Below, one piece after another: positions 1 to 11,330 of a DNA stretch of 64,000 bases. The translations under genes and the position numbers were made by a program. Origin of the DNA: Gemmatimonadales bacterium (GTDB lineage Bacteria; Gemmatimonadota; Gemmatimonadetes; Gemmatimonadales; GWC2-71-9); assembly GCA_033853695.1 (NCBI GenBank), contig JAWOLH010000068.1, positions 9,727-73,726 on the forward strand. Direction: 5' to 3'. Positions within the stretch are counted from its first letter, which is position 1, and each line of letters opens with the position of its first letter. Below the pieces are notes generated by a model. It did not search any database and was not told where the DNA came from. It saw only the letters and a list, made by a program, of their open reading frames with translations.

Positions 1-1
1 C

Positions 2-721
2 CACGCCAACCTCCCCGCATTGAAGGCGGTGCTCGCCAGCATCGGGCGGGACTCCCTGACCAGTGCTACCTACCATCTCGGCGACTTGGTGGGGTACGCT
101 CCGTGGCCCAACGACACCGTTGCCCTACTGCGTGATCACCGCATACCGGGAGTGGCCGGCAACTATGACTCGACCGTTGGCACAGACTACAAGCACTGTG
201 GCTGCAAGTACGAGGATCCGCGACAGGAGGAGTTGAGCCACGTCAGCTACGAGTGGGCCCGAAAGCATGTCTCATCTGACACCAAGGAATTTCTCGCGCG
301 TCTCCCGTTCCGCATCGACCTGAAGCCGCTCGGCGGGCATATCGCGCGCCCCACGGTGATCCTCGTTCACGGGACGCCGACACTCAATACGCTCTACTGG
401 ACTGAAGACCGCCCTGATTCGTTCTGCCTGCAGATGGCCAACATCGCCGGGGCGAAAGCGGGGGACGTCCTGGCGTTCGGTCACACGCACAAGCCGTGGT
501 ACCGCCAGGTCGAGGGGATTCACTTCGTCAATACCGGATCGGTTGGTCGTCCCAAGGACGGCGACTGGCGGGCGTGCTACGTGCTGCTCGATGTGGACGA
601 AGGAGGCGCACGCGTGGAGTTCACTCGAGTCGAATACGATTTGCAGGCCGCGACGCAGGGCATTCGCGAGAGCGATCTGCCGGACGAATTCGCGGAGTAC
701 CTCCAAACCGGTGGGAAGTGA
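2..721 (+). CDS. metallophosphoesterase family protein (YfcE/MJ0936-like), 5' end cut by the window edge
   Basis: Track ORF 20..721 starts at TTG, but the frame is open back to nt 2 and reads HANLPALKAV, the conserved motif-I region of calcineurin-like phosphoesterases. The true start therefore lies left of the window. Later motifs GDLVGY, GNYD, VHGTP, GHTHKP and NTGSVGRP are present. Confidence 0.8.
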   Translation, partial: HANLPALKAVLASIGRDSLTSATYHLGDLVGYAPWPNDTVALLRDHRIPGVAGNYDSTVGTDYKHCGCKYEDPRQEELSHVSYEWARKHVSSDTKEFLARLPFRIDLKPLGGHIARPTVILVHGTPTLNTLYWTEDRPDSFCLQMANIAGAKAGDVLAFGHTHKPWYRQVEGIHFVNTGSVGRPKDGDWRACYVLLDVDEGGARVEFTRVEYDLQAATQGIRESDLPDEFAEYLQTGGK

Positions 722-1473
722 TGAGGCAGTTGGACGGTCGGCGGCTCCTTGCGGAGGCACTGGGCACATTCTTTCTCGTCTTGATTGGTCCAGGCGCGAT
801 GATGGTTGACGCGTACTCTGGTGGCGCTATTGGTCATACCGGAATCGCGCTTGCCTTCGCATTCGTCGTCACCGCGATGGTATACGCCTTGGGTCACCTG
901 TCAGGCGCACACATCAACCCCGCCGTCACGATCGGATTCTGGTCGGTCCGACGCTTTCCATCTCGAGAGGTCGGACTCTATGTGCTGGCCCAATCGGTAG
1001 GGGCCATCGCGGCCTCCGTCGTTCTCCGGGCGGTCCTGGGACCCGTAGGACGCCTCGGAGCAACGGTGCCGTCCGTACCAATCGGCGCGGCCATCGCAGT
1101 CGAATTGCTGCTCTCGTTCGTTCTGATGTTCGTGATCATGGCCGTCGCGACGGACGACCGGGTTGCCGACGGGCTCGCCGGTATCGCCGTTGGTCTAACC
1201 GTCGGGTTCTGTGCGCTTACGGGCGGACCGCTGACGGGCGCCTCGATGAATCCCGCCCGTTCTCTTGGGCCCGCGGTCGTCGGCGGCATCTGGCGTGGCC
1301 ACTGGATCTACTGGCTCGCTCCGGTTGCCGGCATGGTCATGGCAGCCCGTTTGTACGACTTCCTGCGGGGGACCACGGCTGCGCGGCCAGCTCCTAGTGA
1401 GTTGGCCATTGGGGTGCAGGGGCCAATCATCGGCAACAAGACTATCGCAGAGAAGCGGACCGGGCGCTGTTGA
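721..1473 (+). CDS. MIP/aquaporin family channel
   Basis: Internal ATG of track ORF 496..1473. Two NPA boxes (HINPAVT, MNPARSLGP) and six hydrophobic spans. The ATG overlaps the upstream TGA by 1 nt (TGATG). Confidence 0.85.
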   Translation: MRQLDGRRLLAEALGTFFLVLIGPGAMMVDAYSGGAIGHTGIALAFAFVVTAMVYALGHLSGAHINPAVTIGFWSVRRFPSREVGLYVLAQSVGAIAASVVLRAVLGPVGRLGATVPSVPIGAAIAVELLLSFVLMFVIMAVATDDRVADGLAGIAVGLTVGFCALTGGPLTGASMNPARSLGPAVVGGIWRGHWIYWLAPVAGMVMAARLYDFLRGTTAARPAPSELAIGVQGPIIGNKTIAEKRTGRC

Positions 1474-1538
1474 GTGAGGCGGCGTGACGTCCCGGAGTAC
1501 CGATTCGTGCGGCTCTCCGCTAGCTTTGAAGCCTTTAC

Positions 1539-1610
1539 GCCACCGTAGCTCAGTGGTAGAGCTCTCGATTCGTAATCGAGCGGTCGTCGGTTCAAGTCCG
1601 ACCGGTGGCT
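1539..1610 (+). tRNA. tRNA-Thr (anticodon CGT)
   Basis: 72-nt cloverleaf folded by hand: acceptor GCCACCG/CGGTGGC, D stem GCTC/GAGC, anticodon stem CTCGA/TCGAG with loop TTCGTAA, T arm GTCGG-TTCAAGT-CCGAC. Confidence 0.85.
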
Positions 1611-1611
1611 C

Positions 1612-2796
1612 TTAAAAGGCGGTCACGCGCGCCTGCACCTGCAGTTGCCGGCCGCGGCGCTCCAGGATCACCGACCGCAGCTCCCCAGGCCTGCCGTGCA
1701 TCGCCGCGAATACCGCATCCCGGGTCGCGCCGGTCACGCGCAACGCGCCGATCTGCACCACCCGGTCCCCGACCTGAACACCCTGAACCAGCGGCTTGCC
1801 GTCTCGCGAGACGATCCCCGATACGACATACTCGCCGTGCCTGGCCAGCAATGTGAGCCCGATGGAGTCGAGATCATCCGCATCGAGTGCGCTCTCCGGA
1901 TACCAATAGGCGACGCGTGCCGGATAGTCGATCGTGAGCCGAAACGCCCGGAGCACATTGCCGCCCAGCCAGCCGATCACCGGCACGGCGTTCTTCGTCG
2001 AATACCAGTCCATGAAGTCGTGCCCGCTGTCGTCCGCTGCGATCGCGAGCGCTCCGACTTGCTGCAGCTGGAGCGTTCCCACCCCGATTTCCGGCAGGCG
2101 AACCAACACCCCTCTTGGCTCGATGCCGTCGTCCGCCATCCGCATGTTGCTGGGACCGACCGCCCCCGTGCCTCGCCGCCACTCCGGGTGCCGGGACAGC
2201 CAGTCGAGTGCCGTCGATTGTCGAATCCACGTGTAGCCCGAGCCGTTGTCGATCGTCATGGGATATGATGCGCCATCGATCGTCACGTCGACGGCGACGA
2301 GACCCGTCTTCTCGTTCACGCGCAGCGGAACCGCAGTGCCCTCGGGCTGGAGCGTCCCCGGCTGGGCGAGGGTGATCATATGACTCGCGTAGTCGAGTCT
2401 CAGCTGATACCGCTGGAGCACGCCGGCCGGGAGCACACCCTCGACCGTGCGATTGGCGCCGATCGGAAACGGCAGCCAGGAATCGCTCGTCACGGTCGAG
2501 GCGTCGACCGCCAGCGCCATTCCCCCGATGCGCGCGGTGAGCGATGCGGTGGAGCCGACGTGGAGCTCCGCAATGAGCCCCTCTGAAAGAACCATCGATG
2601 GGCTGCCCAGATCGACGACTACGAATGTCTTGCGGGACGTCCCGTCCGGACGAACGAACTCCATCTCGGCGTAGACGCGATTGGCGCTCAGGATGAACGG
2701 TTCGGTCGCGGACGTCGCGAGCTGCGCGCTCGCGCCCACAGGGCCCACCAGGAGAGCCAGGGCCCAGCGCCAGAACCGACTTCGAGATACCATCAC
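1612..2796 (-). CDS. secreted retropepsin-like aspartyl protease with C-terminal PDZ domain
   Basis: Signal peptide (WRWALALLVGPVGASAQ). Two D-x-G-S motifs (VVDLGSPSM, TIDNGSGYTW). C-terminal PDZ-like segment (GLTLLARHGEYVVSGIV..GVQVGDRVVQIG). GTG 2796 / ATG 2793 overlaps the phoD stop. Confidence 0.55.
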   Translation of the reverse strand: MMVSRSRFWRWALALLVGPVGASAQLATSATEPFILSANRVYAEMEFVRPDGTSRKTFVVVDLGSPSMVLSEGLIAELHVGSTASLTARIGGMALAVDASTVTSDSWLPFPIGANRTVEGVLPAGVLQRYQLRLDYASHMITLAQPGTLQPEGTAVPLRVNEKTGLVAVDVTIDGASYPMTIDNGSGYTWIRQSTALDWLSRHPEWRRGTGAVGPSNMRMADDGIEPRGVLVRLPEIGVGTLQLQQVGALAIAADDSGHDFMDWYSTKNAVPVIGWLGGNVLRAFRLTIDYPARVAYWYPESALDADDLDSIGLTLLARHGEYVVSGIVSRDGKPLVQGVQVGDRVVQIGALRVTGATRDAVFAAMHGRPGELRSVILERRGRQLQVQARVTAF

Positions 2797-4913
2797 AACA
2801 CGAGGGGCAGCGTGCCTTCGACTCCCGTCCGTTCGACCTGGGGATATTCACCGGCCCGCCACAGTTTCACCTGATGGGTTATGCGATAAGCAAGTGGCCC
2901 ACCATTGACGTCTGGACTGCGTTCGAGCGGCTCAGGAATGCAGACGAACTCGACATCCAGTCGATCGCTCGCCGCTCTGACCACGGCATAGCCGTGCCCG
3001 CCGACATCGGCGAAGGCGAGTTGGGGCGCGTTCTCCGGATTGCGCTCGGCGGCCGCAGCGTGCAGGTCGTTCGTCCCCGCCAGCGCGAGGCTCGCCCGCA
3101 CGCCATTCATCAGGGTGAAATTGATCGCCGGCCCGGGCGGTCCGCCTGCGGGCTCATAGACGTAGATCGGCCGTAACGGGCTGTCCTTCGTCACATACCG
3201 CGCCGCCTCGGCGAGGCCCGGTGCCGAAATCGACCCCACTACGAACTCGGCCCCGACGGGCTCGAAGTGCTTGGGCGGCAGATCGGTCGACACGAGTCCG
3301 GCGAGAAACGCGTGCCGGTCTCCCGCGATGGTCGCGAACCCCGTGATCCCGTGCGCCCGAACGAAATCGAGGATCTCGCGCCGCTCGGCGCGATACCCCG
3401 ACCAGTCGTCGTCGCCCAGCAGCGCGTAGCCGGTCGTCGGCCAGCGCGGCCCGATCTCGGGCGGCAGGTTCTGGAAATCGATGCGCCAATCGAGCATGGC
3501 GACGGTGTTGCCCCACACCTTCCACGTCGCCGTGGAGGCGCGCAGCCGGTCCAGGAACCACGCCTTCTGCGTCGCGCCGAGCATCGAGAGGGGCGGCGCG
3601 TCCTGGCGGGGGTTGGGGAGCTCCGCGCCGCCGAACGGAATCGTCGCCGGTGGACGGCCGCCCGCGTAGCTGCTTCCCGCATCGAGGATCTCGGTGACGT
3701 CCTCCGACACCACGAACGGGAACTCTTTGAGATGGAACGGCGCCGTCTCGGGCCGGTCGGTGAGCGGCTGCGACCGGAATGATCGATTATCCGTCAGCAC
3801 GAGCTCCAGGTGTCGGCCGCAGCGGAACGTGCGGTTGATCTTGAGCGAGTTGATGACCGCCAGGTTCCCGGGCTCCTGGCCGAGTCCGTCGGAGTCGAAT
3901 TGCGTGATCGGGGCATCGGCCACCTTCGGAGCCTCGAACCACTCGAGCGACCCTCCCTCGTGAGCGACTCGCGCCGGTTGGTACTCGAACCACGCCTGCA
4001 TGGCGGCGGCTTTGCGGGTCTGCGCCGGCTTGACGGTTCCGAATATCTCCTGGGTCTGCCACCCCTTCCACGAGAACTCGTGGTTGTCCCACATGCACAC
4101 GAATGGCCAGCGCGCCCGCGCGTCCATCAGGTCGGGATCCGTCAGATAGCCGCGATACAGCGCGCGATAGTCCTCCACGGTGGTCGGCACGTGGAAGTCC
4201 GCGATCTTCTCGCCATTGGGATAGCGCACGACGTCCCTGAGCTTGCGATCGTAGTAACCCTGAGGGCGGTCCTCCGGATACCAGGTGATCTCGTACACGA
4301 AGTCGCCGAGGTGGAGAACGAACTGCAGCTGCTCGCCGGGCGGCCGCCGCGCGTCTTCGCAGATCATGCGTCGATATGCGTTACACGCGCCCATCTGCAC
4401 GTTCTGGCAGCTGACGAAGGCGAAGCGGGCCGCGGCTGCGTCATCGTCTGGCGGCGCAGTCATCGTTCTCCCGACGCGACTCGCGAACCCTCGAGGGTCG
4501 ACGAATCGATACCAATAGACCCGACCCGACTGGAGCCCCGCGGCGAGGACCCGGCACGTCCAATCCGCGTCGGCGCTGACAGTGGTTTGGGCTCGCGAGA
4601 CGAGATGCGCAAAGTCGGGATCGTCCGCGACTTCGACTGTCAACTGCAACGGCGCGGCTCCGCTTTCTGGAGGTCGCCGCGTCCAGAGCAGCACGCTGTC
4701 GGGGCGTGGATCGCCCGATGCCACGCCCTGCGGATAGAGATCGCCACGCTCCCGGATCGGACGAGACCAGGGCCGCAGGAAGGCCGATGGCCAGGCGAGC
4801 GAGGCGCCGAGGGCGGTAGCGAGTTTGACGGCTTCGCGACGTGTGATCGGTACCACTTTGGCTCCTTCGCCGTTTGCTGGCAGCATGCGGACCTCACGTC
4901 TCTGCATCCTCAT
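2793..4913 (-). CDS. phoD: alkaline phosphatase/phosphodiesterase PhoD family, Tat-exported
   Basis: Twin-arginine leader (ITRREAVKLATALGASLAWPSA). PhoD N-terminal signature GVASGDPRPDSVLLWTR. Metallophosphatase core (HLGDFVYE, WDNHEF). The start codon directly follows the preA stop. Confidence 0.85.
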   Translation of the reverse strand: MRMQRREVRMLPANGEGAKVVPITRREAVKLATALGASLAWPSAFLRPWSRPIRERGDLYPQGVASGDPRPDSVLLWTRRPPESGAAPLQLTVEVADDPDFAHLVSRAQTTVSADADWTCRVLAAGLQSGRVYWYRFVDPRGFASRVGRTMTAPPDDDAAAARFAFVSCQNVQMGACNAYRRMICEDARRPPGEQLQFVLHLGDFVYEITWYPEDRPQGYYDRKLRDVVRYPNGEKIADFHVPTTVEDYRALYRGYLTDPDLMDARARWPFVCMWDNHEFSWKGWQTQEIFGTVKPAQTRKAAAMQAWFEYQPARVAHEGGSLEWFEAPKVADAPITQFDSDGLGQEPGNLAVINSLKINRTFRCGRHLELVLTDNRSFRSQPLTDRPETAPFHLKEFPFVVSEDVTEILDAGSSYAGGRPPATIPFGGAELPNPRQDAPPLSMLGATQKAWFLDRLRASTATWKVWGNTVAMLDWRIDFQNLPPEIGPRWPTTGYALLGDDDWSGYRAERREILDFVRAHGITGFATIAGDRHAFLAGLVSTDLPPKHFEPVGAEFVVGSISAPGLAEAARYVTKDSPLRPIYVYEPAGGPPGPAINFTLMNGVRASLALAGTNDLHAAAAERNPENAPQLAFADVGGHGYAVVRAASDRLDVEFVCIPEPLERSPDVNGGPLAYRITHQVKLWRAGEYPQVERTGVEGTLPLVL

Positions 4914-6230
4914 TCACCCTCCCGACCTGGGACTGCCCCACGTCGCCGTATGGAAGTGTTCCGAGCGCGGCGCCAGTTTGCCCCGGCCCGTCGCATAATC
5001 CTTCCAGTTCACGGCGCGGAAGTCGTTCGGCACCTCGCGCATCGCGATGCAGCCCTGAACGGGACAGACCTCCGAGCAGAGGTTGCACCCGACGCAGGCC
5101 TCCTCGATGATCTCGACGACCGGGCCGCCGTTGCCCCGGGGATGCCGGCGGATAGCCTGGTGGGCGCCGTCCTCGCACGCCGTCCAGCACAGCTCGCACG
5201 CGATGCACTTCTCCTGATCGATCTGGGCGACAAGGTGATAGTTGAGATCGAGATCTTCCCACTTGACGACGTTGGGGAGGGCCCGGCCGCGGACATCGGC
5301 GAGCGTCTCGTGGCCGCGCTCGTTCATCCACACCTCGAGCCCGTCCACGAGGTCCTCGATGATCCGGAACCCGTAATGCATCACCGCCGTGCAGACCTGG
5401 AGCGAGGTCGCCCCCAGAGCGACGAACTCGGCGGCGTCGCGCCAGGTCGAGATCCCTCCGATCGCCGAGATCGGGACCTTCACCGCCGGATCGCTCGCTA
5501 CCGTCGAGACGAGGTGCAGCGCGATCGGTTTCACCGCAGGGCCGCAATAGCCGCCGTGGCTCGACTTGCCCGCGACCGCGGGGTACGGCGCGAACGATTC
5601 GAGGTCGACGCCGACGATCGAATTGACCGTGTTGATGAGGGACAGCGCGTCGGCGCCGCCCTTGACCGCCGCCCGGGCGATGTAGGTGATATCGGTGACG
5701 TTGGGGGTGAGCTTCACGATCACCGGGATCGTCGCGACCTCTTTCACCCACTTCACGATCTGGCAGGTGTATTCGGGGACTTGTCCCACGGCGCTCCCCA
5801 TGCCGCGCTCGCTCATCCCGTGCGGGCAGCCGAAATTGAGCTCGATGCCATCGGCGCCCGTGCCCTCGGTGCGTTTCACGATCTCGTGCCACGCCTCGCG
5901 CTTCGAATCGACCATCAGCGACACGATCAGGGCGTGTCCCGGATAGTTGCGTTTGACCTCCGCGATCTCCTTGAGGTTATCGGCGAGCGGCCGGTCGGTG
6001 ATCAGCTCGATGTTGTTGAACCCCATCATCCGGGTCGTCCCGAGGTCGACCGACCCGTAGCGCGAGAACACGTTGATGATCGGCTCACCCACGGTCTTCC
6101 AGACCGCGCCACCCCAGCCGAGATCGAATGCCCGGGCTACCTGCCCGTAGGTGTTGGTCGGGGGACCGGATGCGAGCCAGAACGGATTGGGGCTTGAGAT
6201 ACCAGCGAAACTCGTGGTGAGATCAGCCAT
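4914..6230 (-). CDS. preA: NAD-dependent dihydropyrimidine dehydrogenase subunit PreA
   Basis: Dihydroorotate-dehydrogenase-like barrel (NFGCPHGMSERGMGSA) plus two C-terminal 4Fe-4S motifs (CIACELCWTAC, CVGCNLCSEVC). ATG 6230 is preceded by GGAGGGTGGAG; the track start 6251 is also possible. Confidence 0.85.
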   Translation of the reverse strand: MADLTTSFAGISSPNPFWLASGPPTNTYGQVARAFDLGWGGAVWKTVGEPIINVFSRYGSVDLGTTRMMGFNNIELITDRPLADNLKEIAEVKRNYPGHALIVSLMVDSKREAWHEIVKRTEGTGADGIELNFGCPHGMSERGMGSAVGQVPEYTCQIVKWVKEVATIPVIVKLTPNVTDITYIARAAVKGGADALSLINTVNSIVGVDLESFAPYPAVAGKSSHGGYCGPAVKPIALHLVSTVASDPAVKVPISAIGGISTWRDAAEFVALGATSLQVCTAVMHYGFRIIEDLVDGLEVWMNERGHETLADVRGRALPNVVKWEDLDLNYHLVAQIDQEKCIACELCWTACEDGAHQAIRRHPRGNGGPVVEIIEEACVGCNLCSEVCPVQGCIAMREVPNDFRAVNWKDYATGRGKLAPRSEHFHTATWGSPRSGG

Positions 6231-7505
6231 CTCCACCCTCCGTGTTCCCACCCTGAAAGGGTGGGCTCATCAAGCGGCTCAACGATTCATGGATCTTCCT
6301 TGCCGCCCGCACCCCATCCGCCGCCGCGTTGACGATCTCGCCGCCGCCGCTCGTGAAATCGCCCCCCATAAACACGTTCGGGTGTTTGGCGAGATCCGAT
6401 AGCTGGTCGAGCGCCGCCTGGCCCACCGCCGTAATGACCATGTCGCAGAGGATGACCGCCGTCCCCTCGGGCGTCTCGACCTCGAGTCCCGTGACCTGGC
6501 CGTTGCCAAGGATGCGCGCCGGCCGGCAATGGAACCGGAAGTCGCAGCCGTCGGCCTTGGCGAGCTCCTGCTCGTAATGAAAGCTCGGCATATCGGTGGG
6601 CCCGCGGCGATAGACGATCGTCGCCGACTCGGCGCCGAGTCGCTTGGCCTGAGTGGCGGCATCGATGGCGGTGTTGCCTGCGCCCACGACGACCACGCGG
6701 CGGCCCACGTGCGTGAATCGGTAGGGCCGTGTCTTGATCTGCTCGATGAACGTCAGCGCGTCGATCACGCCGGACTGCTCCTCACCCGGAATGCCGAGCG
6801 CTTTCGTGCGTCCGAGCCCGATTCCGACGAACACCGCGTCGTACTCCGACACGATGCGGTCGAACGGGATGTCCCGGCCGATCGCAACGCCGGTCTTGAG
6901 CTCGATTCCCAGGTCGAGAATATCCTGCACCTCCGCGAGGGCGACCTCCGGGGTCATCTTGTACTCGGCGATGCCGTACGTATTCAACCCGCCCGGCTTG
7001 TCCTTCGCTTCGAACACCGTGACGGCGTAGCCGAGACGGCGCAGGTCTCGCGCGCACGACAGCCCTGCGGGGCCAGCGCCCACGACGGCCACGCGCTTGC
7101 CGACCGCGGGACCGGGTTCGAACAGGCGCACCGCGTTTTCCAGCACGTAGTCGGTGGCATGCCGCTGCAGCAGGCCGATCTTGATCGGTTGCTCGTCGCG
7201 CGCCAACAGCACGCACGCCCCTTCACACAGCACCTCCACCGGGCACGCCCGCGCGCAGGAGTGGCCGAACGGATTCGCCTCGAGGATCACGCGCGCGGCG
7301 CCGCGCCGGTTGCCGGTGGCGATCTTCCGGATGAACGCGGGGACATCGATGTGCGTGGGGCAGGCGGCGGTGCAGGGGGCGTCGTAGCAGAAGAGACAGC
7401 TGTTCGCCTCGCGCAGCGCCGCGTCGGCGGTGAGCGGCGGCGTGATGTCGGCGAAATTCCGCGCCAGCTCCTCGTCCGACAGGATCGGCCCCTGTTCCCG
7501 AGCCG

Positions 7506-7509
<4 letters not shown>
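6223..7509 (-). CDS. preT: NAD-dependent dihydropyrimidine dehydrogenase subunit PreT (glutamate synthase small-chain-like)
   Basis: N-terminal Fe-S cysteine clusters (CLFCYDAPCTAACP, CARACP..CEGAC). Two Rossmann motifs (VVGAGPAGLS, VVGAGNTAID). GTG 7509 overlaps the upstream stop (GTGA). The track ORF start 7716 lies inside the upstream gene. Confidence 0.85.
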
Positions 7510-8986
<1,477 letters not shown>

Positions 8987-8990
<4 letters not shown>

Positions 8991-10375
8991 TGGGTGGGCT
9001 CCCGCTCGAGGAACTGCCCTCGTCCGATCGTGCCCACGAACTTCCCGTCGCGCGCCTGCACCGCGCCGCGCACCGTCACGGCACTCGCCCGGCCGGTGCG
9101 CTCCCACCCCTCGTAGGCGTTGTAGTCGACCCTGGAGAAGCTCGTCGCCTGGGAGAAGGGGCCGCGAAATGCCGGATCGTACACGACGAGGTCGGCGTCC
9201 GAGCCGATGCGGATCGCGCCCTTCCTGGGATAGAGTCCGAAAATCTGCGCCGCCTGCGTGCTGCAGGCGTCGACCATCGTGCGCAGCGAAATGCGCTCCG
9301 CGCACACCCCGTGGGTGTGGACGAGGTCGACGCGCTCCTGGAGGCTCGCGATGCCGTTGGGGATCTTGGTGAACGCGTCACGGCCCATCTGCTTCTGGTC
9401 CTTGAAGCGAAACGGCGCGTGATCGGTGCCGATCGTGCTGATCGTCCGCGATTTCACACCGTTCCACAGGACCTGCTGATTGGCCCTGGCCCGGAGCGGC
9501 GGCGACATCACGTATTTCGCGCCCTCGAAGTCGGGCCGCTCGGGGTACGTCTCGTCGAGCACGAAGTGCGGAATGACCGATTCGATCCAGACGTTGACAC
9601 CGCGGTAGCGCGCCGCCAGTGCCGCACGCACCGCTGCGTCGCAGGACGTGTGCACGGTGTACACGTGCGTGCCGAGCAGCTCGGCGAAGGTGCAGAGGTG
9701 ATGCACGCCGTCCGCTTCCACGACCGGGGGGCGCGACGGCCCGTGCCATTCTGGGCCGGTCTTACCGGCCGCGAGCAGCGACTTCTGAAGTGCGTCGATC
9801 GCGTCGGCGTTTTCGCAGTGGGCGGTGACGATCGCCCCCAGCTCGCGTGCCAGCTTCATCGCCGCGAAGAGGTGCTCGTCGGAGAGGTTCAGCGCTCCCT
9901 TGTACGCGAGGAACACCTTGAACGACGGGACTCCTGCGGCCACGATCTTGCGGAACTGGTCGCGCACCTGCTCTTCGAAGCGCACCACCGACATGTGGAA
10001 GGTGTAATCGAGCGCCGCCAGGTTCTTCGCCTTGCTGCGCCACAGCTCGAAGGCCTCGTACGGCTCGTCGGCGGGTCCGGGGCAGATCATCTCGATCAAC
10101 GTCGTCGTGCCGCCCACGAGCGCCGCGCGGCTCGCCGAGTCGTAGTCGTCGGCCGCGAAGGTACCCATGAACGGGAGGTAGATGTGGACATGGGGGTCGA
10201 TGAATCCCGGCATCACGTACTTCCCGGTCGCGTCGATCACCTCGGTTGCCGGGGGCAGGCTCTTCGGGTCGATCGCCGGTTCGATGCGTGAGATCGTCTC
10301 GCCCGCGCAATACACGTCGGCCTGGTAGTCGTCGGCAGCGGTGACGACGCGGCCGCCTTTGACTAGGAGCGGCAT
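8987..10375 (-). CDS. hydA: dihydropyrimidinase / D-hydantoinase
   Basis: 462-aa cyclic amidohydrolase. N-terminal MPLLVKGGRVV..., metal-binding DPHVHIYLPFMG. Typical length and position within a pyrimidine catabolic cluster. Confidence 0.85.
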
Positions 10376-10448
10376 GCGACCCTGGCAGGATTGGAGAGTT
10401 GGGTGTGGCCCCGCCGGGGTTCACACATCCTGTACCACACACCGGTCG

Positions 10449-11330
10449 TCACGGGACTTGTTTCACCATGTCCTCGTACGTCTCCGGCCGGCGGTCGCGG
10501 AAGAACTGCCAGGTGCGCCGCACCTCCTCGATCATGTCGAGGTTCATCTCGGCCATCACCAGCTCGTCTTTGTCTTCGCTGCCCTGGGCGAGGAAGTTGC
10601 CGCGCGGATCGACGAAGTAGCTCGAGCCGTAGAATTGCCCGATGTTCCACGGGGCTTCGGTCCCGACGCGGTTCGAGCAGCCCATGAAGTAGCCGTTGGC
10701 CACGGCGTGCGCCGGCTGCTCGAGCTTCCAGAGGTATTGCGACAGCCCCTTCACCGTGGCCGAGGGATTGAAGACGATCTCGGCGCCGTGCAGTCCGAGC
10801 AGCCGTGCCCCTTCAGGGAAGTGCCGATCGTAGCAGATGTACACGCCGATCGTAGCGTAGCGCGTCTTGAATACCGGGTAGCCGAGGTTGCCGGGCTTGA
10901 AGAAGTACTTCTCCCAGAAGCCCGCGGTATGCGGGATGTGGTTCTTGCGGTACTTGCCGAGGTAGCGCCCGTCGGCATCGATCACCGCCGCGGTGTTGTA
11001 GTAGACCCCGGCCATCTCGCGCTCGTAAATCGGCACGATCATCGCCATGTGGTGTCGCTTCGCGATCCCCTGCATCAATTCGATCGTCGGGCCGGGGATC
11101 GGCTCGGCGATGTCGCACCACCTTGAGTCCTGCGAGGGACAGAAGTAGGGGCCGTTGAACACTTCCTGCAGGCACAGGATCTGCACGCCGCGCTTGCCTG
11201 CCTGCTCGATGAAGGGGAGGTGCTTCTCGAGCATCGCATCGCGCACGTTGGTGACGGGGGCGTTCGCGTCGTTGATCGGATTCGACATCTGGATGAGACC
11301 ACCGACGACGGTGCGCGGCATTACAGCCAC
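10449..11330 (-). CDS. beta-ureidopropionase / N-carbamoyl-beta-alanine amidohydrolase (nitrilase superfamily)
   Basis: Carbon-nitrogen hydrolase Glu-Lys-Cys contexts (LCLQEVF, YRKNHIP, ICYDRHFPE). The start overlaps the mmsA stop by 10 nt. Confidence 0.8.
   Translation of the reverse strand: MAVMPRTVVGGLIQMSNPINDANAPVTNVRDAMLEKHLPFIEQAGKRGVQILCLQEVFNGPYFCPSQDSRWCDIAEPIPGPTIELMQGIAKRHHMAMIVPIYEREMAGVYYNTAAVIDADGRYLGKYRKNHIPHTAGFWEKYFFKPGNLGYPVFKTRYATIGVYICYDRHFPEGARLLGLHGAEIVFNPSATVKGLSQYLWKLEQPAHAVANGYFMGCSNRVGTEAPWNIGQFYGSSYFVDPRGNFLAQGSEDKDELVMAEMNLDMIEEVRRTWQFFRDRRPETYEDMVKQVP

Noticed and set aside
3810-6197. Very long ORFs antisense to or out of frame with recognised genes, rich in Arg/Pro/Gly/Ala. 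Examples: 3810..6197 (795 aa), 7524..9116, 8882..10291, 15772..17478, 27678..29093, 55194..55673 and 61612..63249 upstream of 62535.
   Set aside because: These are typical shadow ORFs of high-G+C DNA. Each overlaps a gene with clear family motifs on another frame, and their composition is non-protein-like.
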